64,000 nt of DNA from NCBI GenBank assembly GCA_963726255.1, contig CAVSBL010000002.1, positions 288,001-352,000 on the forward strand, read 5' to 3'. The notes below the pieces were generated by a model, which saw nothing but the letters and a program-made list of their open reading frames with translations, did no database searches and was not told the origin of the DNA. Positions within the stretch are counted from its first letter, which is position 1. Each line of letters begins with the position of its first letter. Below, in pieces: positions 48,026 through 57,836 of this stretch. Source of the DNA: Candidatus Bathyarchaeota archaeon (GTDB lineage Archaea; Thermoproteota; Bathyarchaeia; 40CM-2-53-6). A program made the translations under genes and the position numbers.

Positions 48026-49061
48026 CTTTGATACCTTCCTCAGTTATCTTGAATATTCGTTCTCCTTCCGGTAGGTAGGGGCTTGAGACGAGCCTGCAAA
48101 TTCGGACTGGGCCACTGGACGTCCGTCTCAAGAATATCCTGGTATGGGTAGTGTGGGATACTATATGTCCTCCGACTGCCTCCACAGCCATAGCGAAAAA
48201 CTGGTCGGGTCTCGACATGACCTGGTTCGTGACAACTGCGCATGCATTGAAAGCGCGGGAAAGCCTAACGAGCCGGTGCAAGTGGCTATTGAGCTTCTGC
48301 TGCCGCTCCGCGAGCATCTCTCGTCCGAGGTATTCGCTTCGGAAATGCGCGGTCAACGAATCCACAATTATCAACTTCACGTTATTTTCCTGAATGACCT
48401 TGTCAGCTTTGTCGAGTACGAGAATCTGATGATCAGAATTGAAGGCTTCTGAGTAGATGATTCTCTTCGCCGTTTCGATCGGGTCTAGTCCCATAGCCTT
48501 TGCCATGCGGACTATCCATTCTGGGCGGAAGGTGTTCTCCGTATCAATGTATAGGGCTGAACCGTTGAGGCCTCCTTTCTCTTCAGGGAGTTGTACGTTG
48601 ACTGCAAGCTGATGGCAGAGTATGCTCTTACCGACTCCATATTCCCCGTAGAATTCAGTTATCGTTTGGGTTTCAAGGCCTCCGCCCAGCAGTTCATCAA
48701 CCTGTTTGCTCATGGTCGAAAGTCGCCGAACGTTCTGCCTCATCTTCATGAGCTCGTCAGCTCGAATGAAACTGAGCGCCAAGCTGTCCCGTGCTTCAGC
48801 GATTACTTTGGCGGCCTGTTTTTCACCAACGCCAGCTACGGTCAGTTCTTTGATGGTGGCCGTGGCCAGGGACTCAACGGTCTGGTAACCCATCTCTGTA
48901 AGTTTTTCAGCAGTTGCGGGGCCGACACCTGGAATATCTTCTATGAACTCGTACTTCTTCTGCGGTTTCTCAGCCGCCGCCTCGACTTTTTCTTCTGCCG
49001 CTTCCTCTGCCTCTTCTTCAGGTTGCTTGGCTTTTTCTTTCAAGACTTCGGCCGTTGCCAA
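47988..49061 (-). CDS. radA: DNA repair and recombination protein RadA
   Basis: HhH PGVGPATAEKL, ITEFYGEYGVGKS, YIDTENTFRPE, DSLTAHFRSEY.GR..LAERQQKLN, VTNQV; TTG 49061 after GGGTG. Confidence 0.97.
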   Translation of the reverse strand: MATAEVLKEKAKQPEEEAEEAAEEKVEAAAEKPQKKYEFIEDIPGVGPATAEKLTEMGYQTVESLATATIKELTVAGVGEKQAAKVIAEARDSLALSFIRADELMKMRQNVRRLSTMSKQVDELLGGGLETQTITEFYGEYGVGKSILCHQLAVNVQLPEEKGGLNGSALYIDTENTFRPEWIVRMAKAMGLDPIETAKRIIYSEAFNSDHQILVLDKADKVIQENNVKLIIVDSLTAHFRSEYLGREMLAERQQKLNSHLHRLVRLSRAFNACAVVTNQVMSRPDQFFAMAVEAVGGHIVSHTTHTRIFLRRTSSGPVRICRLVSSPYLPEGERIFKITEEGIKDITEEDEVKRRK

Positions 49062-49226
49062 CAATAACACCCTACTTATTTCAACATTGGCTACGCTTTC
49101 TACAGGCCTCGTTCGATATAACGGAGAGAGATGAGTGAATGAATTACAATCATCGGCTCTTCGGCGTCAGTTTGAAGCATTCAATTATGTCGAGAGCTGA
49201 AGCAATGATTCTGTAGGAGCTTCAAC

Positions 49227-49997
49227 ATGGGACTCTTGGTAAGAATTGACCCTGAGCTTTCTGAGGCAGCAGAGATCCTTGAGAAAGCTTTCCGGGCAAG
49301 AAGTTTCGTGCTCGTAATCGGCAAGTGCAGAGTCGATTACGAGGGGCGCGCGTCTTCGACGTTAGAATGGGGTGAGAGAGTGACAATTGTGAAACAAGAC
49401 GGGTCTGTATTGGTCCACAGGCCAACAGAATATGAACCCGTCAACTGGCAGCCCCCAAAATGCGTTGTCAGCGTCAAGCTTGCCGACTCTGGGTTAGTTG
49501 TTAGTGCGTCACGTTCTCAGCCAAGAGAAAACGTTTCCATAGAATTCCAAGAAATTCACCTGACCGCAACAGGAACGCTCGTCGATACCGGCGAATTCGC
49601 TCTGCACGTGACTGAGGAACAGATGAAGCAGGCGATCCTCACCGCGCCCGACCTAGTAGAAAATGGGCTAAAACCACTTCAGCAGGAGAAAAATCTCGGC
49701 GTAGCTGGCTTCACGGATATCTTCGCAGAAGACAAGAATGGTGCACTCGTTGTTGTAGAAATCAAGAGGAATGCAGCCTCAAAGGATGCGGTTTTGCAAC
49801 TTGAACGGTACCTCGACACCCTCAGGAAGAAGGTTAACAGGCCTCTCAGGGGCATTGTAGTGGCTCCTGAGCTTCGCAAGACCGCGCAACCGCTCCTAGA
49901 TAGCCTGAAGCTGGAGTATGTCAGGCTCGCACCAGAGAAATGCTTCAGCGTGCTGAAGAGCCACAGAGACATGAAACTAAGCCACTTCATGACGTGA
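49227..49997 (+). CDS. nucS: Endonuclease NucS/EndoMS
   Basis: C.VDYEGRA.S.L..GER..I.K.DGS.LVH, PVNWQP, D....D..G..VVVEIKR, QL.RY. Confidence 0.95.
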   Translation: MGLLVRIDPELSEAAEILEKAFRARSFVLVIGKCRVDYEGRASSTLEWGERVTIVKQDGSVLVHRPTEYEPVNWQPPKCVVSVKLADSGLVVSASRSQPRENVSIEFQEIHLTATGTLVDTGEFALHVTEEQMKQAILTAPDLVENGLKPLQQEKNLGVAGFTDIFAEDKNGALVVVEIKRNAASKDAVLQLERYLDTLRKKVNRPLRGIVVAPELRKTAQPLLDSLKLEYVRLAPEKCFSVLKSHRDMKLSHFMT

Positions 49998-51380
49998 CAT
50001 CCTCCCACGACTAAAGGTCGGGGGCTTCCTGGTTCTTCGACCCCGCTTGCTCCGCCACCACGCATGGTCGGAGTAGAGGTTGGATCTCCTCAGGCGTAAG
50101 TTCGGCTGTGCCCCAGCCTACGCGATTGAATATGTTCAATGCGGCGTTCCAGTCCCGGTCAAGCATGAACCCACAGTTCGGACATTCGTGCACTCTCTTG
50201 GAAAGTGTCTTCGGGACGTGGAACCCACATCTTGAACAGTCCGCTGTGGTGTCGTATGGGTCTACAAACTTCACAACTGCACCGGCTTCTGCCGCCTTGT
50301 ACGATGTGAATGTTTGCAGTTGACCCCAACCAGCATCTGCTATTGACTTCGCAAGCTGATGGTTCTTGATCATGTTTTGGATGCGAAGCCTCTCGAAGAT
50401 TATCATGTCGAAACGGTTCACGAGCATTCGGCTTAGCTTGTGATTGAAATCCATTCTCTGCAGTCGGACCTTACGGTGAACCTTCGCAACCCTCATGGTC
50501 TGCCTCGTCCAGTTCCTAGAACGCTTCTCCTTCCTTGAGAGTCGTCTTTGTTCTCGTTTGAGTTTCCTCTCCATCTTTCGAAGAAACTTCGGCGGCTGCA
50601 CCTTCTCCCCGTTGCTTAGTGTCAGCAGTGAGTTCAACCCAAGATCGACTCCAACCTGGGTTTTTGGATGACGCGGCGGTGTTGCGGTCTCCTCCATTTC
50701 GACGGTGAAGCAGGCGTACCATTTCTCGAGTTCTCTACGGATCGTGCATGTTTTGATGGTCGCGTTGGGCGGTATGGGTCTGTGCTGGAAGATTCGGACC
50801 GTCCCGATCTTGGACAGTTGAAGTCTGCCATCTTTCAGGATGGCGCCGTTTCCGTACTGGGGGTAGGTGAAGGAGTCGTACCTGTTCCATCCTTTGAATC
50901 TGGGATAGCCTGCCTTTCGCCCATTCTTGTCTCTCTTGAGGAAGCGTTCGGAGGCGCGTTCCAGTCGCAGGGCAACGTCCTGCAGCACTTGAGAGTGTAC
51001 CTGAGGCAGGTATGGGTTATCATTCTTCCTCTTCGTGAGACCTCGCTTCTGCTCGTAGTATGATGCCGACCGACCATTCTTCCTGTAGGCGTCTCTGCGT
51101 TCACCGAGCAAGTTGTTGTACAGGATGCGGCATGTGTGAAGTGTTCGTTCAAGAATTCTCCTCTGCTCCGCGTTGGGGTAGATTCGGAACCTGTATGCCG
51201 TGCGCGTTCTCATTTGCCCCCTTGTGCTCGCTTGTATGTACCGGTAGCGTTCAATGAGGAATGAGATGTTTCCTGGTTATGTGTGTTGGTGGTGCTCTCA
51301 TGCTTCGCCTCTACAACGCGGATTTGGCGCTGCCGCGCACGGAATTCATCCCACCGCTGAAGCATGTGGGGATTACTTGC
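49994..51380 (-). mobile_element. IS200/IS605-family element carrying only tnpB (IS1341-like)
   Basis: Right-end hairpin at about 50003-50024 ending in ...GGATGTCAC on the minus strand; left-end hairpin at 51350-51370; no tnpA. Left boundary approximate. Confidence 0.85.
50011..51213 (-). CDS. tnpB: RNA-guided endonuclease TnpB
   Basis: AYRFRIYP, GYPRFK, RuvC-I GVDLG, RuvC-II FERL, Zn finger CSRC/CPNC, RuvC-III DRDWNAA. Confidence 0.96.
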   Translation of the reverse strand: MRTRTAYRFRIYPNAEQRRILERTLHTCRILYNNLLGERRDAYRKNGRSASYYEQKRGLTKRKNDNPYLPQVHSQVLQDVALRLERASERFLKRDKNGRKAGYPRFKGWNRYDSFTYPQYGNGAILKDGRLQLSKIGTVRIFQHRPIPPNATIKTCTIRRELEKWYACFTVEMEETATPPRHPKTQVGVDLGLNSLLTLSNGEKVQPPKFLRKMERKLKREQRRLSRKEKRSRNWTRQTMRVAKVHRKVRLQRMDFNHKLSRMLVNRFDMIIFERLRIQNMIKNHQLAKSIADAGWGQLQTFTSYKAAEAGAVVKFVDPYDTTADCSRCGFHVPKTLSKRVHECPNCGFMLDRDWNAALNIFNRVGWGTAELTPEEIQPLLRPCVVAEQAGSKNQEAPDL

Positions 51381-51477
51381 CTCAAATCCGTTCTATGGGT
51401 GGGGGTTTTTCTGCCAAAGCTTGGGGTTGGGGCAAGCTTATTTAGACTAATAGAGAAGGTTGCGAAGCAAATCAGTG

Positions 51478-51729
51478 ATGAACGTGGAGCCTTCTAGGAA
51501 ACCTCTCAACTTACTCGTGAAGAAACTTAACGGAGAAATCACGATTCGGCTAAAGAACGACGTAGAATACCACGGCAAGATGATAGACGCTGACAGCCAC
51601 ATGAACATCATTCTCGAAGGAGCAACTGAGTACCGTGGTAACTCTCCGACAGCCAATTATGGGAACGTAATCGTGCGCGGAAGCAACATTCTCTACATTA
51701 GCGTAGAACCAGGCAAGAAACAGCCTTAA
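51478..51729 (+). CDS. Sm-like archaeal protein (Lsm/SmAP)
   Basis: KPL..L, I.IRLKN..EY.G....D.HMNIIL..A.E, YG.VIVRGSNILYI. Confidence 0.93.
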   Translation: MNVEPSRKPLNLLVKKLNGEITIRLKNDVEYHGKMIDADSHMNIILEGATEYRGNSPTANYGNVIVRGSNILYISVEPGKKQP

Positions 51730-51762
51730 GGCCGCACGGTTTTAGCGGGGGTTAACCGAGCG

Positions 51763-53361
51763 TTGGGTGTTCCCTTTGACTCACCGCTCGAAGCCTCACT
51801 TCTATCTGAGTTGGCTTCGCGTGTTGTTGAAAGCGGGGCAACTGACCCCGACAGCCTCAACAGGATAAAGTTGGAATTTTGCAGAAAGCACGAACTCAGC
51901 TGGATGCCACGCAACTCTGACATTCTCGGCGCCCTGCCGGAACACGTGAAGGAAAAACTTCGGCCCAACCTGCGTTTGAAAAAAGTGCGCAGCATTTCAG
52001 GCGTGAACGTCATAGGTGTCATGAGTTCACCGCGCGGCTGCCCACACGGCCGCTGCGTATTCTGTCCCATGGAGAAAGGGTTCCCAATGAGTTACACGTC
52101 AGGCGAACCCGCAGCCATGAGGGGTTTTCAGTCTGGATACGACCCGTTCCTCCAGATCAGCAGTCGGCTTGAGCAGCTCAAAGCCATCGGGCACGTGCCT
52201 TCGAAGGTCGAGCTGGTAATTCAAGGCGGAACATTCCTAGCCGCACCCGTCGACTACCAGGAGCACTTCGTAAGTAGATGCTTAGACGCAATCAACGGCG
52301 TAAACTCATCAACTCTAGAGGAAGCAAAGACCCGGGCTGAATTCAGCGAAATTCGCAACGTGGGCTTAACCATCGAGACCAAACCTGACTGGTGTAAGCA
52401 GCCGCATGTTGACCAGATGCTCAGGTTTGGAGCAACGCGCGTCGAAATCGGCGTCCAAGTAATCGATGATTACATCTACACTCTAACTAATCGGGGCCAC
52501 ACGGTGCAAGACGATGTCGAAGCCTTTCAAATAGCCAAAGATGCAGGCTTCAAAATCGTCGCACACATGATGCCAGGTCTGCCGGGCTCCGACTTTCAGA
52601 AGGACCTTCAATCATTTAGAACGCTTTTCGAAGACCCGCGGTTTTGCCCGGACATGTTGAAGATCTATCCTTGCCTCGTCATGGAAGGCACGGAACTGTA
52701 TGACTGGTGGCAGCGCGGCCTCTACCAACCATACGACTCAGAACAAGCCGCTGACCTGATCGCCAGCGTGAAGGAATTTGTTCCACGATGGGTCCGAATT
52801 ATGCGTGTCCATCGGGAGTTCCCTGTTCAACTCATTAAATCCGGTGTAAAGAAAGGCAACCTTCGCGAACTCGCCATAGCACGATTGAGAGAGAGGGGAA
52901 AAAGGTGCAGGTGCATTCGGTGCCGTGAGGTAGGCCACAGAATGCTAAAGGAGAACGTGACCGTTCAATCCGACCGAATTCGTCTCATCACACAGGAATA
53001 CGAAGCGTCTGGGGGAAAGGAGTTCTTCATCTCGATTGAAGAACCTGAAGCGGATGTCCTGATAGGATATTTGCGCCTGAGACTGCCTTCTGAAAAAGCC
53101 CATAGGCCTGAGGTCGATGCAACGACCGCAATGGTCCGAGAGCTTCACGTTTACGGGACCGAGGTTCCTGTCGGCCTAAGGTACGGGGGTGCGTGGCAGC
53201 ACACCGGTCTAGGTCGAAAGCTACTAGCGGAAGCAGAGAAAGCGGCGGAGGAACACGGTGCGAACATGATACTGGTCCTAAGTGCCCTCGGGACGAAGGG
53301 GTACTACAAGCGGGCTGGTTACGATGTCGTCGGGCCCTACGTGGGAAAGACGCTGAGCTGA
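51763..53361 (+). CDS. elp3: Elp3 tRNA U34 acetyltransferase (radical SAM + GNAT)
   Basis: CPHGRCVFCP, SYT.GEPA, TIETKPD, HMMPGLPG, CRCIRCRE, RELHVYG, QH.GLG. Confidence 0.96.
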   Translation: MGVPFDSPLEASLLSELASRVVESGATDPDSLNRIKLEFCRKHELSWMPRNSDILGALPEHVKEKLRPNLRLKKVRSISGVNVIGVMSSPRGCPHGRCVFCPMEKGFPMSYTSGEPAAMRGFQSGYDPFLQISSRLEQLKAIGHVPSKVELVIQGGTFLAAPVDYQEHFVSRCLDAINGVNSSTLEEAKTRAEFSEIRNVGLTIETKPDWCKQPHVDQMLRFGATRVEIGVQVIDDYIYTLTNRGHTVQDDVEAFQIAKDAGFKIVAHMMPGLPGSDFQKDLQSFRTLFEDPRFCPDMLKIYPCLVMEGTELYDWWQRGLYQPYDSEQAADLIASVKEFVPRWVRIMRVHREFPVQLIKSGVKKGNLRELAIARLRERGKRCRCIRCREVGHRMLKENVTVQSDRIRLITQEYEASGGKEFFISIEEPEADVLIGYLRLRLPSEKAHRPEVDATTAMVRELHVYGTEVPVGLRYGGAWQHTGLGRKLLAEAEKAAEEHGANMILVLSALGTKGYYKRAGYDVVGPYVGKTLS

Positions 53362-53418
53362 CACAGAGAGCGGGCATAGCTAACGTCTTAAGGGTCTCAG
53401 CTTTCCATCTCCAAAGCC

Positions 53419-54788
53419 TTGGCGGAGATTGGTTTGTCCCAGGAAGAATTGTACGGTTACTCAGGTATCTCACGCGACATCTTAAGGAAAGCAGGCGCTC
53501 AGGTCGGGGATAAGCTCCGACTTGAACTGAAACGGGGTGCAGGCCAAGAGATTGTGGAGGGGCTCCTCATGCCGCGTTACCACTCCGGCCGGGATGAGAA
53601 TTACATTGTCGTAAAATTGAGGACTGGATATAATGTGGGCGTTCGGGTTGACACCTCGACGAAGGTTAGCGTTCTAGGGAAAGGAGAGGCGCCCCATTTC
53701 ACCCGCCCTCCCCTTCCAAAACAGAAGTCAGGGCTGCCGAAGGTATCCATAATCAGCACGGGGGGCACCATAGCCAGTAAAGTCGATTATAGAACTGGGG
53801 CGGTGAAGCCCGCCCTCGATTCGGAAGACTTGTACAGCGTAGTCCCAGAGCTAGCTGAGCTTGCTGACATTAATGCAAAAGTACTGACGAGCGTCTTCAG
53901 CGAAAACATAGGGCCACAACAATGGCCTAAGATTGCGGAGTCGGTGGCAGAGCAAATTCTGCGGGGGCGGACGGCGTCGTAGTGGCCCATGGAACTGACA
54001 CACTTGGTTACACAGCGGCTGCCCTCAGTTTCGCTTTGCAGGGCATACCGGTGCCCGTGGTACTCGTTGGCTCACAGCGTTCGTCCGATCGGCCTAGCTC
54101 CGACGCCGCAACCAACCTGATTGCGGCGACGGCAGTAGCCGGCCAAGCTCCTTTCGCTGAAGTTGTTGTCGCTATGCATGATTGGGTTTCGGATGAGAGA
54201 GTCGCCGTCCACAGGGGAACCAAGGTACGAAAGTGCCACACGAGTAGAAGAGATGCCTTCAGGAGCGTAAACGCCCGCCCCATCGCCCAGTACGACCTTG
54301 TCAACCGGGCGCTCCAACTCAACGGAGAAAAATACGCTGAACGGCACAAGCGTTCAGATTGGGAGGTTCGATCCAAGTTCGACCCAAACGTCGCCCTGAT
54401 CAAATTCCACCCGGGGCTCTCAGTGGGGATGATCGATTGGGCGACCGCCACGGGGTACAAGGGCATCGTCCTCGAAGGAACTGGTCTGGGACACATTGGC
54501 GAGGCTTTGTTCCCCGCAATTGAAAGGGCGGTGAAGAATGGGACTGTGGTAGCCATGTGCTCCCAGTGCATATGGGGTAGAGTTCACATGAACGTCTATT
54601 CAACCGGACGGGACCTGCTGAAACTTGGGGTGTTACCACTCGGCGACATGCTCTCAGAGACCGCGCTGGTGAAGATGATGTGGGCGTTCGGGCAAGAAAC
54701 GGATTCAGAGAAAGTCAAGAAGTTAATGCTCACAAATATTGCGAATGAAATTTCGGACAGACGAATACCTGAGGCCTCCGTAGAATGA
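53419..54788 (+). CDS. gatD: Glu-tRNA(Gln) amidotransferase subunit D, frameshifted at about 53963-53967
   Basis: 5' part has KL..GYNVG and STGGTIAS.VDY.TG; 3' frame has (AD)GVVVAHGTDT and GSQRSSDRPSSD. One extra G in the G5 run joins them. Confidence 0.92.
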
Positions 54789-56692
54789 GCAAGGAATCAA
54801 AGGCCCAACCTAGAATCAAGGTTGGGTTGGAGATACACAGGCAGTTGGACACGGAGCATAAACTGTTCTGCGCTTGTCCGACCGACCTCGCTGAATCAGA
54901 ACCTGAAGAGAAGTTCATGCGAAGGCTTCGGCCGACGCAAAGTGAGCTCGGCCAGATTGATCAAGCTGCCCTATTCGAATTCCACCGTGGCAGGAGCGTG
55001 CTCTACGAGGAGGATCATGAAACATCATGCCTAGTCGAAATGGATGAAGAACCGCCTAGCAAACTCAACAGCGAAGCGGTTGAAGTATGTTTGACCGCCT
55101 CTCTATTGATGGATGCCAAACCTGTGGATGAAATCCACGTGATGCGTAAGGTCGTGATTGATGGTTCCAACACTACAGGGTTTCAGCGCACTTGCGTAGT
55201 TGCCCTGGATGGAGCCTTGACGGTGGACGGAAAGGAAATTCCCATTCAACAGATCTCACTAGAGGAGGATGCCGCTCGGAAAACCACTCAATCAAAGGAA
55301 ACCGTTGGGTATAGGATAGACCGGCTTGGGGTTCCATTAATTGAGGTAACAACAGGGCCCGCGATGGACTCTGCAGGTGAAGTCGAGAAGGTTGCCTACG
55401 CTATAGGCACCATGTTGCGGGCGACGAGAAAGGTGAAGAGAGGTTTGGGAAGTATTCGGCAGGACCTGAACATTTCAACCCCTGGCGGAGCCCTAATGGA
55501 AATCAAAGGAGTCCAGGAACTCGACCTCCTTAGCAAGGTTGTTGAAACAGAAGTCAACCGCCAGCAAACGCTGCTCGAAATACGAGATGAACTCGGTCGA
55601 AGGGACGCGAATCCTAGTCTACTCGAAAGAAAGTATAGCGATCTTACCGAGGCTTTCGGTGGCTCAAAAGTTCGAATAATAAAGGAAGCTATCTCGAAGG
55701 GCGGCGTCGTGTTGGCCGTTAAGCTTCCCAAATTCAAAGGGCTCTTAGGGAAGGAGCTTGCACCGGGATTGCGCCTCGGGACGGAACTGTCCAACCGCGC
55801 ATCATTCTGGGCAGGTGTCGGCGGCATATTTCACTCCGACGAGCTTCCGGCTTACGGCGTCACAGAAGACGAGGTCCACCATGTGAGGGAGCGATTGAAT
55901 GCGTCGGGCAACGATGCCTTTGTCTTGGTCGCTGACGAGAAGGCAACAGCAAACGATGCTTTAGATGCCGTCGTCGACCGCGCAATCGAGGCAATCTCCG
56001 GCGTCCCTGAAGAGACGCACACCGCGATGCCCGACGGGACCACGAGGTACATGCGGCCGAGGCCAGGCGCAGCACGAATGTATCCCGAAACCGATGTCCC
56101 ACAAACACCAGTCACACCAGAATTAGTCACGAGATTGAAGGCTAACCTGCCCGAAACCCCTGAAGGCCTAACAAAACGACTGGTTGACCAATACTCGCTA
56201 AACCAAAAGCTGGCAAAACAACTAGTCGACTCGGATCATCTTACCCTCTTCCAACAAATTGCTGCAACTAGCAAAGTGCCACCCACGTTCATCGCCACCG
56301 TGCTCACTGAAAGCTGCAAAAGCCTTGAACGTGAAGGCATACCCGTTCACTCCATCCCAGATGGCAAAATCCAACGCATGTTTGGACTAGTGGACGAGGG
56401 GGTTGTCGCTAAAGAAGCGGTCCTAGACCTGTTGAAGTGGCAAGCGGCGAACCTTGCCTCAGACCCGTCCGATGGCGTCAGGAAGCTCGGGTTGAAAATG
56501 TTGACTGAGCACGAGCTTGAGGAGATCATCGACCGCCATATCGAGAAGAACAGAAAACTCGTCGACGAGAAAGGAGAAGCAGCTTTCTCCTCACTGATGG
56601 GCTCGGTGATGTCCGAAGTTAGGGGATCCATTGAACCTAAGGTCGTTTCAGAGAGGTTGAAGAAGCGACTATCCAAAGCGGGTCGAAAGTAG
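54785..56692 (+). CDS. gatE: Glu-tRNA(Gln) amidotransferase subunit E
   Basis: KVGLEIH.QL, RRLRPTQSELG, MRK.VIDGSNTTGFQRT, RGLG.IRQD, RPRPGAARMYPETD. Confidence 0.97.
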   Translation: MSKESKAQPRIKVGLEIHRQLDTEHKLFCACPTDLAESEPEEKFMRRLRPTQSELGQIDQAALFEFHRGRSVLYEEDHETSCLVEMDEEPPSKLNSEAVEVCLTASLLMDAKPVDEIHVMRKVVIDGSNTTGFQRTCVVALDGALTVDGKEIPIQQISLEEDAARKTTQSKETVGYRIDRLGVPLIEVTTGPAMDSAGEVEKVAYAIGTMLRATRKVKRGLGSIRQDLNISTPGGALMEIKGVQELDLLSKVVETEVNRQQTLLEIRDELGRRDANPSLLERKYSDLTEAFGGSKVRIIKEAISKGGVVLAVKLPKFKGLLGKELAPGLRLGTELSNRASFWAGVGGIFHSDELPAYGVTEDEVHHVRERLNASGNDAFVLVADEKATANDALDAVVDRAIEAISGVPEETHTAMPDGTTRYMRPRPGAARMYPETDVPQTPVTPELVTRLKANLPETPEGLTKRLVDQYSLNQKLAKQLVDSDHLTLFQQIAATSKVPPTFIATVLTESCKSLEREGIPVHSIPDGKIQRMFGLVDEGVVAKEAVLDLLKWQAANLASDPSDGVRKLGLKMLTEHELEEIIDRHIEKNRKLVDEKGEAAFSSLMGSVMSEVRGSIEPKVVSERLKKRLSKAGRK

Positions 56693-56699
56693 GAGTCGA

Positions 56700-57644
56700 T
56701 TATTCTAGAAATTGTATGTCATCGATCAGCCCGTCACTGTTCACATCTAAGCCGCTCACAACGCGTGCAACCACATTCGGATTCATCGAATTTCCTTTGG
56801 CGATTTCGTCAGTGTATTTGATGAACGCGAGCACTGCCGCCCTAGTCCCTTGGTAGGTGTTACCCGCGATTACTATGATGCGGCATTCCCGATTCATTGG
56901 GTTGACGATAGATTGAATTGCGCCTTCTTCTTCTCCCGCGTAGCTTCTGCCTGAGATTCGCGAAACCATGAGGTTGTGGCCCGTCAGTTCGTACGTTACT
57001 GGCAAAGACTCATTCACGGACATTGTGACCGTGTTCACTTTTGGCCCCCCGACGAGGATGAGGTTTTGAAGCATCTCCTGTTGCGCTATCTCCGTGTCCA
57101 AACGCACATTATTTTCTCTCGTGAGCGGTAGCAATGAACCTAGAAATAGGGCGAGGTCAGTGGCTCTATCGCCGCACCGGGCGCGGCTTCGGAAAGCTCC
57201 ATGAGTATCCGGACTCCCAAGGACGATGTGGGCGTTGAGGTGGCCGAGGGAAATGAATGGGTCAAGGAGTTTGGAAGACGCTTCGCCGAGAGTTTGCTCG
57301 GGGAGACTTTCCCCGACCTTTCCTGCGGTTCCGAGTTTGGGGATGATGGTTATTGCCTTCTGCTCCGCTCTGTAGTACTTTGCCATCGCTCCCCTTTTCT
57401 TGACGGTTCTCTGCAGGCGCACGAACCCAGTTCGCTCAAGCTCCCTGAGGTGATAACAGACGACCTGTTCGCTCGTGTGGAATATCTCTGCAAGGTCCTT
57501 TGCACATTTCTCGCTGGCCGTCAGTTCACTTAGTATCCTCCAACGTGTCGGCTGGAGGACTGATTGGGCTAATCGTGGGTCGGAGAAGACACGCGTGGGT
57601 ACGAGCTGGTCGGAATGTCTTTCCTTTAGGATCAGGTATGACAT
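56700..57644 (-). CDS. ArsR-like winged-HTH regulator with C-terminal alpha/beta domain
   Basis: P.RWRIL..L...A.DLA.....EQ.V.YHLREL...G.V; C-domain NLILVGGPKVN and IAG...GTRAA; ATG 57644 after AGAGGA. Confidence 0.8.
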   Translation of the reverse strand: MSYLILKERHSDQLVPTRVFSDPRLAQSVLQPTRWRILSELTASEKCAKDLAEIFHTSEQVVCYHLRELERTGFVRLQRTVKKRGAMAKYYRAEQKAITIIPKLGTAGKVGESLPEQTLGEASSKLLDPFISLGHLNAHIVLGSPDTHGAFRSRARCGDRATDLALFLGSLLPLTRENNVRLDTEIAQQEMLQNLILVGGPKVNTVTMSVNESLPVTYELTGHNLMVSRISGRSYAGEEEGAIQSIVNPMNRECRIIVIAGNTYQGTRAAVLAFIKYTDEIAKGNSMNPNVVARVVSGLDVNSDGLIDDIQFLE

Positions 57645-57686
57645 GGCTGCGTGTCCTCTTGATTCAACGATTAATAAAGTCACGTT

Positions 57687-57702
57687 TTGACTATTAAGTC
57701 AA
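57687..57702. promoter_or_regulatory. Inverted repeat, candidate operator between the HTH gene and glmS
   Basis: TTGACT-atta-AGTCAA. Confidence 0.55.
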
Positions 57703-57836
57703 TTTTTGCCCATTCGCAACATCTTTTCAGCGTGGGACCGGTCAATCATCGTCAATTCATCAAATGCCATGCACAGGAATGCTTATCACGCAAATTTAGA
57801 CACCTCGGCGGAATCTCCTGCAAGTTGGTCACGTGA

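Noticed and set aside
49120-49205. Possible C/D box sRNA between radA and nucS
   Set aside because: A CTGA is present but there is no proper RUGAUGA or D'/C' spacing; it is a divergent promoter region.
51214-51345. tnpA next to tnpB
   Set aside because: Only about 130 nt available and no HUH/Y1 motif.
57703-57836. glmS ribozyme
   Set aside because: No recognisable core sequence or room for it; it is a bacterial element.
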